Below, piece after piece: positions 31,813 through 42,015 of a DNA stretch of 64,000 nt. The stretch spans positions 1,756-65,755 of the forward strand of contig CAVJPC010000118.1 in the NCBI GenBank assembly GCA_963651205.1. Direction: 5' to 3'. A program made the position numbers and the translations under genes. Under the pieces are notes generated by a model. The model worked only from the letters and a program-made list of their open reading frames with translations, had not been told where the DNA came from and did not search any database. Numbering within the stretch: the stretch's first letter is position 1; each line of letters starts with the position of its first letter. The DNA comes from Bacteroidaceae bacterium (GTDB lineage Bacteria; Bacteroidota; Bacteroidia; Bacteroidales; Bacteroidaceae).

Positions 31813-33295
31813 AAACCTGATTTGTCGGAATGGTAATGGCAAAATTAGTGCCTTTACCTTCTATAGAGGTTACGATAATTTCTCCCTGCATATGCTCTAT
31901 GATAGTTTTGCAGATAGAAAGTCCCAAACCGGCGCCCGGCTTGAATGAATCTACCTTGTAAAAGCGGTCGAATATATGTTCAAGTTTCTCTTTCGGCATG
32001 CCTATGCCTGTATCTTTTACATATATTTCTATTGTACCGTTGCAAGGTGCTTTGCATCCAAGTGTGATGCTGCCATATATGGTAAATTTAACGGCATTAT
32101 TTATCAAGTTGTTAATCACCTGTTTTAAACGGGTGGCATCGATCATTATTTCAGTATCTTTTTCCGGTAGTTGCAATTTGAACTCTATCTTTTGAGGTAT
32201 ATTTAATAACTGGCTTTGATAAATTTCCGATAGAATATGATTGAGCCATTGTTTTTGCTCCTTGAATTCAATAGAATTGGATTCTATTTTTGACATGTCA
32301 ATGATATCTGAAATCAATACCAGCAGCTGTTCGCAGTTCTTGTTGATGATGGAGACAAATTCTCTGCCTTCCGCACCACCCATTTCTATTTCTCCGCTGG
32401 CAAGCAGATTCGAGAAACCTACAATTGCATTGAGGGGAGTCCGGATTTCATGGCTCATATTGGCAAGAAACGCACTTTTCAATTTATCGCTTTGTTCTGC
32501 CTTGTCACGGGCAACCATCAGTTTTTCTTCTGCATTCTTATGCTCCTGTATGCTTTGGCAGGCCCCGATAATTCTATAAGGAGTGCCTTCTATTTGTTCC
32601 AGATATAATGACTGTACTTCAAACCACTCCCAAGTGCCGTCATTGTGTCTCAGCCTGTAAGCAAAAGCTTCGGTATTTAGATTTCCGGCTATCTGATTGG
32701 TCAGGGCGTTCATCAGTATATCCCGGTCGTCAGGATGCAGGCAGGCTGCAAATTCTTCTTCGGTCAGCGTATAGTCTTTGGTAGGTATATTAAAATGTTT
32801 GAACCAGCGTGCATCGATAATCATTTTCCTCTTTTCCATATCATAAAACCAGGGATAAATTTTCGTCAGGCTGAGTGCCATGTTTATGATATGCTGCTGG
32901 GTTAGTTCGCCTTCTATATTACGGAACGAAAGAACCAGCTGAGAGAGTTTCTTCTTTGTGAATACGCTGGCGATTCGTCCTTCGGCAATAAAGCGTATGT
33001 TTCGTAATTCACTTTTAATGAATGTACCTTTAGGAAAGTCGATGATTTTCTCTTCATGCTTTAGCTCTTCGATAAGCTCAGGAATAAGATTTTGATGGTT
33101 TTGTAAGATGGATATTATTTCGGATAGTTTTTTTCCTTTAAGTTCCATACTTTCCAAATTCAATTCATGGACAGCCTCATCGTTAATGCGCTCAATCGTA
33201 CCGTCTGCATCCATAAATATAAGGGCGGACGGCAAAATATTTAAGATCTGTTTGGATAATACTAACTGTCCTTTTATATAACTCATATTTTCCAT
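31805..33295 (-). CDS. PAS-domain sensor histidine kinase
   Basis: LHPDD PAS, FLANMSHEIRTPLNAI H-box, NLINNAVKF, DTGIG, GAGLGLSI. Confidence 0.93.
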   Translation of the reverse strand: MENMSYIKGQLVLSKQILNILPSALIFMDADGTIERINDEAVHELNLESMELKGKKLSEIISILQNHQNLIPELIEELKHEEKIIDFPKGTFIKSELRNIRFIAEGRIASVFTKKKLSQLVLSFRNIEGELTQQHIINMALSLTKIYPWFYDMEKRKMIIDARWFKHFNIPTKDYTLTEEEFAACLHPDDRDILMNALTNQIAGNLNTEAFAYRLRHNDGTWEWFEVQSLYLEQIEGTPYRIIGACQSIQEHKNAEEKLMVARDKAEQSDKLKSAFLANMSHEIRTPLNAIVGFSNLLASGEIEMGGAEGREFVSIINKNCEQLLVLISDIIDMSKIESNSIEFKEQKQWLNHILSEIYQSQLLNIPQKIEFKLQLPEKDTEIMIDATRLKQVINNLINNAVKFTIYGSITLGCKAPCNGTIEIYVKDTGIGMPKEKLEHIFDRFYKVDSFKPGAGLGLSICKTIIEHMQGEIIVTSIEGKGTNFAITIPTNQVST

Positions 33296-33378
33296 GCTTT
33301 TTGTTTTGATGTGTTCTTATTTTCTAAATCGAAGAATTGCCTGTCGTTGGGGATTGTATTTCTGTATTGTGTCCCTTC

Positions 33379-34302
33379 TTATTCTATCAGATTGGGAAAG
33401 ACTTTCAGAGTTCTGAATTTTCTAGGCGACATTCCGGTTATCCGTTTAAAAAAACGGGTGAATGAGGATGGAGTAGAAAAGTTCAGTTCATAACAAATCT
33501 CCTGAATAGTGAGGTTGGTAGAGATTAGTAGGGCTTTAGCCTCGATAATTACATAATTGTCAATCCAGTCACCAGCCAGTTTCCCGGTAACATCCCGGAT
33601 AATAGAAGACAAATACTTGGGGGTGAAACAAAGCTGCTCTGCATAAAAAGAAATGTCTCTTTCTTTGTAATGGTGGGTTTCAACCAGTTTCAGGAACCGC
33701 TTGAATATTTCTTCTTTATGCGGCAGGTTTTTCTTCTTTATTTCTATATGTTTTAACAGGAGCTGGCATACTTCATAAAATGTGGCTTGTATCAGATATT
33801 GTATGGTAAAGTTGCGAAACAGATTATTCTCTTCGCTGATTTTTTTATAGAGCAATACATGATATGTTTTCAGTAATTCTGTTTCTGTAATATTCAAATC
33901 GGCGCATGGATGATTTTTTAGAGGGATTAAAAGAGACATCATTTTATAAAAATTGTCTCGTGTATCAAAATACTTATTGGATATCATGATGAGATGCGCT
34001 CTGTAGTCTTCACTTACCTCGTTATATTTTATGATTTGGTTGGGCATCATCATTAATAATGTGTTTTCCTTAGTAGTATGTTTGATGGAATCTATTTCTA
34101 CTTCGGAAGTCCCAGCCAGGCAAAGTACGAATGAAGTGTATGTTGTTTTGTATGAATTATTATAAAACAAAGGAAAAGTATGTTGGTTGCGAATGAAATC
34201 TTTTCCAGTATTATTATAAATGATGAAATCATCGGAAAAGTAATCTGCATTGGCGAAGAAATCAGTATTCCAAATATCTATGTCGGTACGTCCTTTTATC
34301 AT
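33379..34302 (-). CDS. AraC-family transcriptional regulator
   Basis: FYAEQLCFTPKYLS, IQEICYELNFSTPSSFTRFFKRITGMSP. Confidence 0.92.
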   Translation of the reverse strand: MIKGRTDIDIWNTDFFANADYFSDDFIIYNNTGKDFIRNQHTFPLFYNNSYKTTYTSFVLCLAGTSEVEIDSIKHTTKENTLLMMMPNQIIKYNEVSEDYRAHLIMISNKYFDTRDNFYKMMSLLIPLKNHPCADLNITETELLKTYHVLLYKKISEENNLFRNFTIQYLIQATFYEVCQLLLKHIEIKKKNLPHKEEIFKRFLKLVETHHYKERDISFYAEQLCFTPKYLSSIIRDVTGKLAGDWIDNYVIIEAKALLISTNLTIQEICYELNFSTPSSFTRFFKRITGMSPRKFRTLKVFPNLIE

Positions 34303-34461
34303 TCTTGATGTTATTTGGTGTAAAAGAATAAATAAAATTAGTACGAAACAACCTCATTCGACTATTTGCTAATTATAAGCGACATTAAGGAAATTATTAG
34401 TTTCGTAATGTCCGGAAAACAAATTCCCCCGCCTTTTGGGTCGGCGGGGGAATGTTTTTTA

Positions 34462-35118
34462 TTATCCGTTTATCTTTTTATAATCGGCAAGGAACTTTTC
34501 TAAGCCTATATCTGTCAGTGGGTGGTTTAGCAGACCTTTAATAGCAGAGAGAGGACAAGTTACCACATCGGCTCCCACTTCGGCACATTGCAGTATATGT
34601 AAGGTGTTTCTGATGGAAGCGGCAAGCACTTCTGTCTTGTAGTCATAAGTCTGATACAACTCTACAATTTGTGCAACCAATCCTACGCCATCACTACAAA
34701 TATCATCCAGTCTGCCGACAAATGGAGATACGTAGGTAGCTCCTGCCTTTGCTGCAAGCAATGCTTGTCCGGCAGAGAAAACCAAGGTACAGTTAGTACG
34801 AATACCTTTGTTACTGAAGTATTTGATCGCTTTAATGCCGTTCTCTATGCAAGGCACTTTGACCACAATGTGCGGATTCAGGGCGGCCAGCTCTTCGCCT
34901 TCCCTGATCATGCCTTCGTAATCGGTAGCAATAACTTCGGCACTGACGTCCCCGTCTACTATATTACATATCTCAATGTAATGCTTATGCTGGTTCTCAA
35001 CTCCTTTAATGCCTTCTTTAGCCATTAAAGACGGATTGGTGGTCACACCATCCAGTACACCCAATGCGTTTGCCTCGCGGATTTGTTCCAAGTTGGCTGT
35101 GTCAATAAAGAATTTCAT
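34462..35118 (-). CDS. tal: Transaldolase (small FSA/TalC type)
   Basis: FFIDTAN, GVTTNPSL, Schiff-base VVKVP; Glu in VSAEV and Phe in SPFVGR favour transaldolase over fructose-6-phosphate aldolase. Confidence 0.85.
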   Translation of the reverse strand: MKFFIDTANLEQIREANALGVLDGVTTNPSLMAKEGIKGVENQHKHYIEICNIVDGDVSAEVIATDYEGMIREGEELAALNPHIVVKVPCIENGIKAIKYFSNKGIRTNCTLVFSAGQALLAAKAGATYVSPFVGRLDDICSDGVGLVAQIVELYQTYDYKTEVLAASIRNTLHILQCAEVGADVVTCPLSAIKGLLNHPLTDIGLEKFLADYKKING

Positions 35119-35216
35119 AACTTTTTTCTATTTAGATAATTAAAATCAGGTTAGCAACAGATTGCTAAGCTACTGATATTAACAATGATAAACAAGCAAA
35201 TGTTCCAATTTATCTG

Positions 35217-36326
35217 TTATGAATTCTTTTTGTAGCTGAATACCGCCCAACCATTCAGAAAGACCGCCATAAACAGCAAGGCAGCAAACTGCACCATCAG
35301 GTCACCGAATCCGCTTCCTTTCAGATAGACCATACGTGTCACCTGTATAAAGTACTTCAAGGGATTTACGATGGTAATGTCTTGCGCCCATTCGGGCATA
35401 CTGTTGATGGGAGTGAACAATCCGCTCATCAGCATAATGATAATCACAAAGAAGAACATGACAAACATGGCTTGCTGCATGGTTTGCGAATAATTGGAAA
35501 CCACCAGCCCCATGCCCGAGACAACGATAATGAACAGCAATGCAAAGAAATAGAGTAACCAGATATGCCCTGCCGGAACCAGACCATAGACCAGCCATGC
35601 CAGGATGATGCCCAAAGTAAGGATCAGCATACCGGCCACCCAGTAAGGAATAAGTTTGGCTATAATAAAAGTAAATTTGCTCACAGGAGTCACGTTTATC
35701 TGTTCGATGGTTCCAAATTCCTTTTCACCCACAATGTTGAGGGCGGGCAGAAACCCGCAGAGCATCATCAGCAATTGTGCCATCAGTGCCGGAACCATAA
35801 ATATCTTGTAATCCAGATAGGAGTTGAAACGTCCCTGGGTGGTTATTTCTATGGTAGGAGCAGGGGGAGTGGAACCGGAACCCGGAGGTCTGATTTCGGC
35901 AGCATAAGCATTGACTATATTACTGAGGTAGGAACTGCCCAAAGTTCCTTTTGTTCCGTTTACAGTATTGGCAGAGATCAGTACGTTGGCTACTCCATTC
36001 TTCAGTAAATCGCGTTCAAAGTGTGGTGGAATCTCCAGAATAAGATCGGCATCTCCTTTTTCAATACATTCCATCGCCTCCTCGTAACTGCTCGAAACAT
36101 CTACCAGATGGAAATACTCGGATGCACCCGCTTTCTGTACTAGGCGGGTGGAATAGGGGCTGCGGTCATTATCTACTACGCTGAGATTCATGTTCTTTAT
36201 TTCGAAATTAGCGGCCCAAGGTAACACTAACAGGATGACGCACGGAAACACAACCAGCAGTCTCGGCAACATCGGGTTGCGGAGCAATTGCTTGAATTCT
36301 TTTTCTAATAAATACTTTATCATCAT
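35217..36326 (-). CDS. ABC-2 type permease (YbhR-like)
   Basis: KEFKQLLR, EKEFGTIEQ, SGLFTPINSMPEW. Confidence 0.9.
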   Translation of the reverse strand: MMIKYLLEKEFKQLLRNPMLPRLLVVFPCVILLVLPWAANFEIKNMNLSVVDNDRSPYSTRLVQKAGASEYFHLVDVSSSYEEAMECIEKGDADLILEIPPHFERDLLKNGVANVLISANTVNGTKGTLGSSYLSNIVNAYAAEIRPPGSGSTPPAPTIEITTQGRFNSYLDYKIFMVPALMAQLLMMLCGFLPALNIVGEKEFGTIEQINVTPVSKFTFIIAKLIPYWVAGMLILTLGIILAWLVYGLVPAGHIWLLYFFALLFIIVVSGMGLVVSNYSQTMQQAMFVMFFFVIIIMLMSGLFTPINSMPEWAQDITIVNPLKYFIQVTRMVYLKGSGFGDLMVQFAALLFMAVFLNGWAVFSYKKNS

Positions 36327-36364
36327 ATTTCTGAACTTATTTTGTTTCTTTGTCCAATTTTGTA

Positions 36365-36470
36365 TCCCGGCTAAGGATAACGTCCACCCGTAGGGGCGGG
36401 GTTTGCCCGCCCGAATACAAAAAGCGAACCATTATCGGGCGGGCAAACCCCGCCCCTACAGGTGGCTATG
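36365..36470. repeat. REP cluster 4: REP doublet with remnants of both IS231-like ends
   Basis: REPs 36390-36412 and 36437-36459 are exact inverted copies; TCCCGGCTAAGG 36365-36376 and GGCTATG 36464-36470. Confidence 0.8.
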
Positions 36471-36492
36471 GTACAAAAAAGGATAAGAACGC

Positions 36493-37599
36493 TTATTCCA
36501 ATCGTTTTTTTAATTTCTTCAGACTGATTGCCATAAGGACAACGGCCATCAGTATAAGTATAATTATCTCTTCCTGTGCATAGCTGATACTCAGCCCTTC
36601 AATCATAATTCTTTTGACACCGATGATATACCACTTGGCAGGGATCATATTTGAAAAAAGTTGTAGGGGGAGCGGCATGTTTTCGATAGGGAATATCATA
36701 CCGGACAGCAACACAGTAGGCATCATCAATACCATACCAGAAAACAGCATAGCTTCTACCTGGGTACGAGCGATGGTAGAAACCAGCAATCCCAACAGCA
36801 AAGATACCAGAATGAAAATCCATGAAAGCAGAGCCAATGAGAAAAGACTGCCTGCTACCGGAACGTGCAATACATAAACGGATAGTAACAGAATGGTAAT
36901 CAGATTGACACATGAGAGCACAAAGTAAGGAACCGTTTTGGCTATAATCATCCATAACGGACGCACAGGAGATACCAGCAGAACTTCCATAGTGCCGGTT
37001 TCTTTCTCACGGACAATGGAGATAGAAGTCATCATGGCACATATCAGCATTAAAATCAGTCCCATTACTCCCGGAACAAAGTTGTAGGCACTCTGCATAC
37101 CGGGATTGTATAACAGCTTTACTTGGGGAATGATTTGTATGGGTATTTGTTGTTGCAGCATCAGGCTTTGCTGGTAGTCGGCAATGATATTGGATGCATA
37201 GGAAGTCAGTATGGTAGCATTGTTGGGATCGGTGGCATCGGCAATCAGCTGCACTTGGGCTTTCCCGGTGTGGCGCAGGTTATTATCGAAACCGGCTTCG
37301 AACACGACAATCAGGTCCGAACTGTTTTTCCGGAATGTTTCTTCTATTTCATCATTGCCATGCAATATCTTGTTGATATTGAAGTATTCGCTGGCATCCA
37401 GTTTGTCTATGATTTGCCGGGTGGCTACATCTTTCGACTCGTCCAGTACGGCTACTTTTACATTCTTTACTTCGGTGGTGATGGCAAAGCCGAAAAGAAT
37501 AATCTCCACAACAGGCATGCCCAGTAATATCAGCATGGTCCGGCGGTCCCGGAATATGTGATAAAATTCTTTTCGTACAAATGATATAAATTGCTTCAT
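36493..37599 (-). CDS. ABC-2 type permease (YbhS-like)
   Basis: KEFYHIFRDRR, VREKETGTMEVLLVSP, SGMIFPIENMP. Confidence 0.9.
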   Translation of the reverse strand: MKQFISFVRKEFYHIFRDRRTMLILLGMPVVEIILFGFAITTEVKNVKVAVLDESKDVATRQIIDKLDASEYFNINKILHGNDEIEETFRKNSSDLIVVFEAGFDNNLRHTGKAQVQLIADATDPNNATILTSYASNIIADYQQSLMLQQQIPIQIIPQVKLLYNPGMQSAYNFVPGVMGLILMLICAMMTSISIVREKETGTMEVLLVSPVRPLWMIIAKTVPYFVLSCVNLITILLLSVYVLHVPVAGSLFSLALLSWIFILVSLLLGLLVSTIARTQVEAMLFSGMVLMMPTVLLSGMIFPIENMPLPLQLFSNMIPAKWYIIGVKRIMIEGLSISYAQEEIIILILMAVVLMAISLKKLKKRLE

Positions 37600-37710
37600 T
37601 CTCTTTTTATCTGTTTGTTTTTAATTTAAGTTCCTTAAATGGTCATTGCGATCCTCCACCTTTTAAAGCTGCTCTTTCTACAACTCTTTTTCATATTTTT
37701 ACAGCACTGT

Positions 37711-37955
37711 CATTTCGCTTTCGTCCACTGTAGGGGCGCATTGAATGCGCCCGAACCATCGGTCACGACCTTGGGAGTAATACATCCACAAATGCACTTT
37801 TCCTAGTGTTATCGGGCGGATTCAATCCGCCCCTACAGCGAAATGAGAGCGTTATTGGAAATGGTAACGCGATGTATAGAAAGAGTAGCTCAAGAGGGGA
37901 TGAAGTTACCACCGACTATGAATCGCAGTCCTGTTTTAACGCTAAAAATGTTAAC
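37711..37955. repeat. REP cluster 5: REP doublet plus ~97-bp cargo segment
   Basis: REPs 37730-37752 and 37814-37836; 37859-37955 is a reverse-complement match to 19636-19733. Confidence 0.8.
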
Positions 37956-37996
37956 GCAATGCAGCGTAATGGCTGCTACTGACCGGATCCCGGCTT

Positions 37997-39463
37997 TCAA
38001 CTCCTGACCGCCTTGCGTGCCAACTGCCGGAATACTTCGTCCATATCTTTAGCCTGAAACTGCTCTTTCAGGCGTTGGGGAGTGTCCAGAGCCTCTATTT
38101 TTCCATCCACCATCATCGAGATCCGGTTACAATATTCGGCTTCATCCATGTAGTGGGTAGTGACAAAGATGGTAATTCCCCGTTCAGCAGCCTGATAGAT
38201 CAGTTCCCAGAACTGACGACGTGTAGCGGGATCTACCCCTCCTGTCGGTTCGTCCAGAAACACAATCTTCGGTTCATGGAAGATGGCTACCGAAAAAGCC
38301 AGCTTCTGCTTCCATCCCAAAGGCAGTGAACGGACCAAAGTGTCTTTTTCGTGCAGAAATCCCAGTCGATCCAATACTTGGTCTGTTTTTACGGCTATCT
38401 CTTCATCACTCATTCCATAAATTCCTGCATACAGGCGGATGTTCTCCCATACCTTCAAATCCTCGTAGAGAGAAAACTTCTGGCTCATATAACCGATGTT
38501 CCTCTTGACCAGTTCGTATTGTGTGGAAATATCGAATCCTGCCACTCTACCTTTTCCACTTGTTGGTTGTGACAAACCGCACAACATACGCATGGCAGTG
38601 GTCTTTCCTGCTCCGTTTGCACCCAGAAAGCCGAAGATCTCCCCCCGTTTTACTTTGAACGAGATATGATCCACAGCGGTGAAACTGCCGAATCGTTTGG
38701 TCAGCCCTTCCACCTCAATGGCATATTGGTCTGTGGCCTGCGGCTCATTGAAAGACAAGCCTTCGGGAGAAAGAATATCTCTGAACCGCTGCAAGATCCG
38801 GTCCGGCGTATCAATGCCCTGAATCTCTCCTTCGCGGATAAATGCGATGCGGTCACAGCATTTCATTTCATTCAGATAAGGAGTTGCTGCAATGATGGTG
38901 ATGCCTTCCTGCTTTAGTTTGAGCAACATGTCCCAAAATTCCTTTCTGGATACAGGGTCCACTCCTGTGGTGGGTTCGTCCAGAAACAAAATGGCAGGTT
39001 TGTGAATCAGTGCGCAACTCAGAGCCAGTTTCTGCTTCATGCCACCGGACAGTTTTCCGGCACGCCGGTGCTTGAAGGGTTCTATCTGCTGGTAGATATC
39101 TTTTACCAATGCGTAGTTCTCCCGGATGGTGGTATTGAAAAGTGTGGCAAAGAAAGTAAGGTTCTCTTCTACAGACAAATCTTGGTACAAGGAGAAGCGC
39201 CCCGGCATATATCCTGCCTGCCGGCGTATTTCCTTGTAATCCTTCACTACATCCTGTCCGCATACTTCTGCGTTGCCTTTATCGGCCAGCACCAACGTGG
39301 TGAGAATGCGGAAAAGGGTAGTCTTTCCTGCGCCGTCAGGCCCGATGAGCCCGAAGATTTCTCCCGGCTTCACCTCAAAGCTTATGTTTTTCAGTGCCTG
39401 TACTTCCCCATAGCTTTTGCTGACTCCTTTGACAGAAACAATAGTATCCATTTTATTATCCAT
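37997..39463 (-). CDS. ABC ATPase with two nucleotide-binding domains (YbhF-like)
   Basis: GPDGAGKTT and GANGAGKTT Walker A; LSGGMKQK; two LDEPT. Confidence 0.93.
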   Translation of the reverse strand: MDNKMDTIVSVKGVSKSYGEVQALKNISFEVKPGEIFGLIGPDGAGKTTLFRILTTLVLADKGNAEVCGQDVVKDYKEIRRQAGYMPGRFSLYQDLSVEENLTFFATLFNTTIRENYALVKDIYQQIEPFKHRRAGKLSGGMKQKLALSCALIHKPAILFLDEPTTGVDPVSRKEFWDMLLKLKQEGITIIAATPYLNEMKCCDRIAFIREGEIQGIDTPDRILQRFRDILSPEGLSFNEPQATDQYAIEVEGLTKRFGSFTAVDHISFKVKRGEIFGFLGANGAGKTTAMRMLCGLSQPTSGKGRVAGFDISTQYELVKRNIGYMSQKFSLYEDLKVWENIRLYAGIYGMSDEEIAVKTDQVLDRLGFLHEKDTLVRSLPLGWKQKLAFSVAIFHEPKIVFLDEPTGGVDPATRRQFWELIYQAAERGITIFVTTHYMDEAEYCNRISMMVDGKIEALDTPQRLKEQFQAKDMDEVFRQLARKAVRS

Positions 39464-39493
39464 TAACTGATCAAATTATTTTTCTTGTTCGCT

Positions 39494-39791
39494 GTAGGAA
39501 CGGAATGCTTCTCATAGCCGTCCGGCTAAGATATAAATCACGCTTCCGTCCACTGTAGGGGCGCATTCAATGCGCCCGATAACACTTCGAAAAGTGTATT
39601 TGTGGATGCATAACTCCCAAGGTCGTGGCCGTTGGTTCGGGCGGAAGCATTCCGCCCCTACGGTGAACGAGAACGCCATTTACCACCTTCGCTTGACAAC
39701 TATGTCTGGTTATCGTCCACTGTAGGGGCGGGGTTTGCCCGCCCGAATACACAAAGTAAACCGTTTTCGGGCAGGCAATCCCTGCCCCTAC
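39494..39791. mobile_element. REP cluster 6: 192-bp IS231-like MITE (39513-39704) carrying a REP doublet, plus a second doublet
   Basis: Truncated REP 39494-39512; ends CATAGCCGTCCGGCTAAG and CTTCGCTTGACAACTATG; REPs 39555-39577, 39639-39661, 39722-39744, 39769-39791. Confidence 0.8.
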
Positions 39792-39830
39792 AGCAAAAGA
39801 TAAGATAGTTACTTTGAACTTTTGGCCCGT

Positions 39831-40730
39831 CTATTCTTTTTTCATTTCACCATACATGCCGATCTTGATATATCCGTCATTTTTGACAGCTATCTTTACG
39901 GCATATACCAGATTGGCACGTTCATCCCGTGTCTGGATGTTTTTGGGCGTAAACTCCGATTTGTCCGAGATCCACGTGATAGTCCCCTCATATTCACGGT
40001 GGTCATCTTCTCCCAGATCTGAAAAGACCTTCACTTTATCTCCTAATTTCATCTCAGACAATTGATCGGCAGTGATGTAGGCACGTAAAAACAGACGTTG
40101 TACATCTGCCACTTTGAATAAAGGTTTTCCCTGAGTAGCCAATTCTCCGGTTTCGGTGTATTTTGCCAATACTGTTCCATGAATAGGACTGGTAATATGG
40201 CACTTGCGGAGCTGGTCATCCAGTTGGGCTACCTGTATCTCGTAAGCAGAACTTTCTTCCGTGACGCTCGCGTTCCCTCGTTGTAGAGTGGAAACCTGTG
40301 CTTCCAGCTGCTTTTTCAATACGGCAATCTGAGAATCAATATCATCTACCTGCTTCCGGGTGGCTGCATTCTCTTTCAGCAGGTTCTCCGTGCGTCTTCT
40401 TTCATATTCAGCCTTGCTGATTTGTTCTTTCGTAGCGGCTATCTGCTTGTTGATGTCCATACTTTTATTGGCGACAGCTTTTCCGCTGGCCAGCAACTGC
40501 ATCTTTTTCAGATAGAGTTGCAAGGTGTCTATGTACCCTACTTCTTCACCAGCCTTCAATAATTGCCCTTCTTCCACATTAAACTGCATGATCTTGCCAT
40601 TGGCTTCCGAAGACACAATCACTTCGGTAGCTTCGAATGTACCCGATGCATCATAATCGCCTTTTCTGTTTCCGCAGGAGGATAAGCCCAGCAGAATGGC
40701 GGCGAACAGGAGATATTTACTTGTTCTCAT
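39831..40730 (-). CDS. HlyD-family membrane fusion lipoprotein
   Basis: Lipobox LSSC, SGTFEATEV, SEFTPKNIQT...LVYAVK. Confidence 0.92.
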   Translation of the reverse strand: MRTSKYLLFAAILLGLSSCGNRKGDYDASGTFEATEVIVSSEANGKIMQFNVEEGQLLKAGEEVGYIDTLQLYLKKMQLLASGKAVANKSMDINKQIAATKEQISKAEYERRRTENLLKENAATRKQVDDIDSQIAVLKKQLEAQVSTLQRGNASVTEESSAYEIQVAQLDDQLRKCHITSPIHGTVLAKYTETGELATQGKPLFKVADVQRLFLRAYITADQLSEMKLGDKVKVFSDLGEDDHREYEGTITWISDKSEFTPKNIQTRDERANLVYAVKIAVKNDGYIKIGMYGEMKKE

Positions 40731-42015
40731 ATTGATTGGTTGTATATTTTAATTCATAAATAGCTGATAATAACTGAATCTCATGCAGAATCTTGTCCTG
40801 TTTGGCAAGATCCTCGGCAGTCACCTCGCGAAGCATTTCCGTGACGGTCAGTGTTCCGTTGGCAACTTTTGCCTGGGCAGATTTCCGGATGTTGTTGCGC
40901 AGGCTGATAATCTCGTCATCGTTCTTCATCAGTTCTGCCAGTTTCTTTATTTCACTGTTGTTTTGGGTGACTTCCAGATGAGTGTTGAACAGGAAAGTTT
41001 CTTTCTGTACATTCACATCTTGCTGATTCAGTGTCAGTTGACGGGATTCGTTCTTGCGTGTATATAAATTGCCGAAGTTCCAGGAAAGACGTACTCCTGC
41101 AACATAATAAGTTGAAAATTCGTTCTTCAGCATATTCAGCCCCGGATTGCCGTAAGCTCCTTGTACAAACAGACCTAACTGGGGAAGGTTTTTGGCGGCA
41201 AGTTGTTTGCGCCGGGCTTCCAGTTGCAGGTCCTGGGCGGCAAAAAGATCAAGTTCCGGACGTCGGATTAATTCCGCAGAGTAAGTTCCATCTATATATA
41301 ATAAGGTATTCACATCCGGCTTCTTCAGTGACTCCCCAGTTAATGGAGTGGGGTGGTTAATCATTATTTTCAGCATCTCGCTGTAAGCGCGATGTGTGGC
41401 TTCCAGTGTATGGCGCTGCTGTATGTTGTTCAATTGCTCCACCTTTACGGCATCCAAATCGGCTTGGTTGGCGGTGCCGTTTTTTACATAGGCTTTTACA
41501 TTATCGTAATTCCGTTGCAATTCTTCCTGCATGGCCCCGTTTTGCCCCAACTGCTCTTCCAGCAGCAATATGCCAAAGAAAAGCTGGTTCACCCGTTCAT
41601 TGATGGCATACATATCCACTTCCAGCTTTTGCTTGTCAACTTCGGAAGAAGCACGGGTTACTTCTTTCCGGGCATGGATGTTCCCGCCATCCCACACCAC
41701 CTGATCCAGTTGCAGCATGGCCTGATACTGGTCTTTGCGCATACCCCGGATGTCGAGTTCGGGCAGGTCTACGGGAATTTCCGTCACATCCGATTGATAG
41801 CTGGCCTTGGCGGACAATGAAAATTGTGGCAGATACCCCTTGTTGGCGTTAGAAATATTATATTCTTGCGTCTTTTCAATTAGCCCGTACCGTTTGATCA
41901 GCGGATAATAGGCCTGGGCTTGCTGCTGACATTCTTCCAGCGTGAGTTCCTGTGCTTTTAAAAAGACAGGAGCGACACCGAGAAGGAATGCTGTGAGAAT
42001 GAATAACCTTTTCAT
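40717..42015 (-). CDS. TolC-family outer-membrane efflux protein
   Basis: Signal peptide, YLPQFSLS, VWDGG, LPQLGLF repeats; operon context. Confidence 0.9.
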   Translation of the reverse strand: MKRLFILTAFLLGVAPVFLKAQELTLEECQQQAQAYYPLIKRYGLIEKTQEYNISNANKGYLPQFSLSAKASYQSDVTEIPVDLPELDIRGMRKDQYQAMLQLDQVVWDGGNIHARKEVTRASSEVDKQKLEVDMYAINERVNQLFFGILLLEEQLGQNGAMQEELQRNYDNVKAYVKNGTANQADLDAVKVEQLNNIQQRHTLEATHRAYSEMLKIMINHPTPLTGESLKKPDVNTLLYIDGTYSAELIRRPELDLFAAQDLQLEARRKQLAAKNLPQLGLFVQGAYGNPGLNMLKNEFSTYYVAGVRLSWNFGNLYTRKNESRQLTLNQQDVNVQKETFLFNTHLEVTQNNSEIKKLAELMKNDDEIISLRNNIRKSAQAKVANGTLTVTEMLREVTAEDLAKQDKILHEIQLLSAIYELKYTTNQYENK

